A DNA stretch of 61,771 nt, counting the filler. It is 6 parts of 6 records of this genome, joined end to end, with 100 filler letters (N's around TTAATTAATTAA, not from the genome) between each part and the next. Parts side by side here need not be neighbours in the genome. Positions count along the whole stretch, not along the records: positions 51,627 to 61,771 come from DRR723986_4220; 5 more parts are not named here. One strand, 5' to 3'. Shown here piece after piece: positions 60,546 through 61,771 of this stretch. A program made the position numbers and the translations under genes. The notes under the pieces were generated by a model. The model was given only the letters and a program-made list of their open reading frames with translations, made no database searches and was not told the DNA's origin. Position 1 is the stretch's first letter. Every line of letters begins with the position of its first letter.

Positions 60546-60582
60546 GTGATCCAGATCACATTTTTTTAGTGAGCTGGATCAT
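60546..60582. promoter_or_regulatory. Tandem Crp-type boxes
   Basis: GTGA-tccaga-TCAC (60546-60559) and GTGA-gctgga-TCAT (60569-60582). Confidence 0.65.
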
Positions 60583-60645
60583 AGCCCATGAACCGGAACA
60601 TCTGCATATTGCGAAAACAATTTAAGCCCCTGGCGAACACAAGCA

Positions 60646-61524
60646 ATGAAAGTGAGCGGACTGATGCAATTTGTTAAGTATCTGGTGATAACACTTGCAG
60701 TAATATGCAGCCTTGCGGCTTGCAGCAGCGATAAAACTCCGCCGCGGGATTCGCACGCAGCGGCATCCACACAAACGGAGGCGGCCAATGCTGCGGACAA
60801 ATACGCAGCCAACGAGAATCAGGAGAAAATGGTGACAGAAGCGACAAATAAAAAGATCCTCTTTGTGTTAACAAGCCACGCTGAGAAAGGCGCAACCGGC
60901 GAGCCGACAGGTTATTACCTTGGCGAAGTTTCACATCCATGGGAAGTCTTGACTGAAGCGGGTTACGACATTGAATACGTCAGCCCTAAAGGCGGCGAGC
61001 CACCGGTAGATGGTTTTAACCTGGAAGATGCAGTTAACAAACGTTTTTGGGAAGACGCCGACGAGCGTAAAAAGCTGGCAAACACAATGCGCCCACAAGA
61101 CGTTAATGCCGACGAGTATGCGGCAATCCACTACGCCGGTGGCCATGGCACTATGTGGGACTTTGCCGAAAACGAGGAACTGGCCAACATTGCGGCCGAC
61201 ATTTACGAAGCCGGCGGAGTTGTGAGCGCCGTGTGCCACGGACCGGCCGGTTTGATCAATGTTAAGCTCAGCAATGGCAGTTATTTGGTAGACGGCAAAA
61301 CTATCAGCGCTTTTACCAACGAGGAAGAACACGCCGTTGAGCTGCAGGACGTGGTGCCTTACATGCTGGAAGATATGTTAATTAAACGCGGTGCCAAGTT
61401 TGATAAGGCTGGACTCTGGGAAGAACACGTCGTAGTAGACGAACGCCTTGTGACGGGACAAAATCCGGCCTCAGCCAAGAAGGTTGGCGAAGAAGTCCTG
61501 CGCCTGCTGAACTCCGACAGCTGA
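60646..61524 (+). CDS. DJ-1/PfpI (Hsp31-like) family protein with an N-terminal lipoprotein signal
   Basis: Lipobox LAAC, TGYYLGEV, AGGHG, AVCHG (nucleophile Cys) and VTGQNPAS. Confidence 0.92.
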   Translation: MKVSGLMQFVKYLVITLAVICSLAACSSDKTPPRDSHAAASTQTEAANAADKYAANENQEKMVTEATNKKILFVLTSHAEKGATGEPTGYYLGEVSHPWEVLTEAGYDIEYVSPKGGEPPVDGFNLEDAVNKRFWEDADERKKLANTMRPQDVNADEYAAIHYAGGHGTMWDFAENEELANIAADIYEAGGVVSAVCHGPAGLINVKLSNGSYLVDGKTISAFTNEEEHAVELQDVVPYMLEDMLIKRGAKFDKAGLWEEHVVVDERLVTGQNPASAKKVGEEVLRLLNSDS

Positions 61525-61555
61525 GACATCAGATATTAAAGAGAGCGACGTTTAA

Positions 61556-61595
61556 ACGCCCGACTTGATAACTCAGGTCGGGCGTCTTTTTTTTT
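61556..61595 (+). terminator. Intrinsic terminator
   Basis: acgcccgacttga-taac-tcaggtcgggcgt followed by a long T-run. Confidence 0.88.
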
Positions 61596-61771
61596 GCGGC
61601 ACAAGCGCACAATCTGATGTTATTGAATTGCGGTGGGTAAGGTGTTAAGTTCGGTAATTGCATCGTATACCGCAACTAACAGCTTGCGGCTGCTTGTCTA
61701 TTACTCAGTGAACCACGCTGGGTGGCTTTGAGCCCAATCACAGAGTCTTGGGGTTAGAAACGACCCCCACC

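Noticed and set aside
61700-61771. Short GC stems at the window end as a tRNA or other ncRNA
   Set aside because: No cloverleaf, T-loop consensus or other recognisable family signature, and the sequence is truncated.

Overview
The window is not one locus. It is six unrelated contig fragments joined by artificial 100-nt N/TTAATTAATTAA/N spacers at 12569-12668, 21502-21601, 31861-31960, 39299-39398 and 51527-51626. Taxonomic labels below are impressions from gene content and composition only. Contig 1 (1-12568, GC-rich gammaproteobacterium) holds two REC-GGDEF-EAL genes, a secreted S8 peptidase, a secreted GYKW(G)-repeat protein absent from the ORF track, a DUF3604-like lipoprotein, nadA, bepA, tusA and an AI-2E permease. 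Contig 2 (12669-21501, Marinobacter-like) holds a ROK kinase fragment, nitronate monooxygenase, mgsA, an SDR, a PLP trans-sulfuration enzyme divergent from selD, an atypical P450, rnk and an AEC transporter. Contig 3 (21602-31860, betaproteobacterium-like) holds acidic repeat proteins, Fe3+ ABC genes, acnA, DUF2863, a desaturase and an interrupted DUF6973-like gene coupled to a lipoprotein. Contig 4 (31961-39298, Rhodobacteraceae-like) is a formate dehydrogenase/Moco maturation cluster. Contig 5 (39399-51526, Rhodobacteraceae-like) holds acs, a two-component pair, tamAB and zwf-edd-eda. Contig 6 (51627-61771, FCB-group-like) holds purN, an MltB-like enzyme, an ECF sigma/anti-sigma pair, a cluster of unknown secreted proteins with a duplicated leader, a Crp regulator and a DJ-1 protein. 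The best candidate for an undescribed system is at 1-6428: a signal-peptide-bearing tandem-repeat protein (NDADQAGYKWGVR-type units), a subtilase whose tail carries a matching [KR]WGV[KR] motif, paired 7-2-7 palindromes, and two c-di-GMP response regulators. No rRNA, tRNA, CRISPR array or transposase was recognised.
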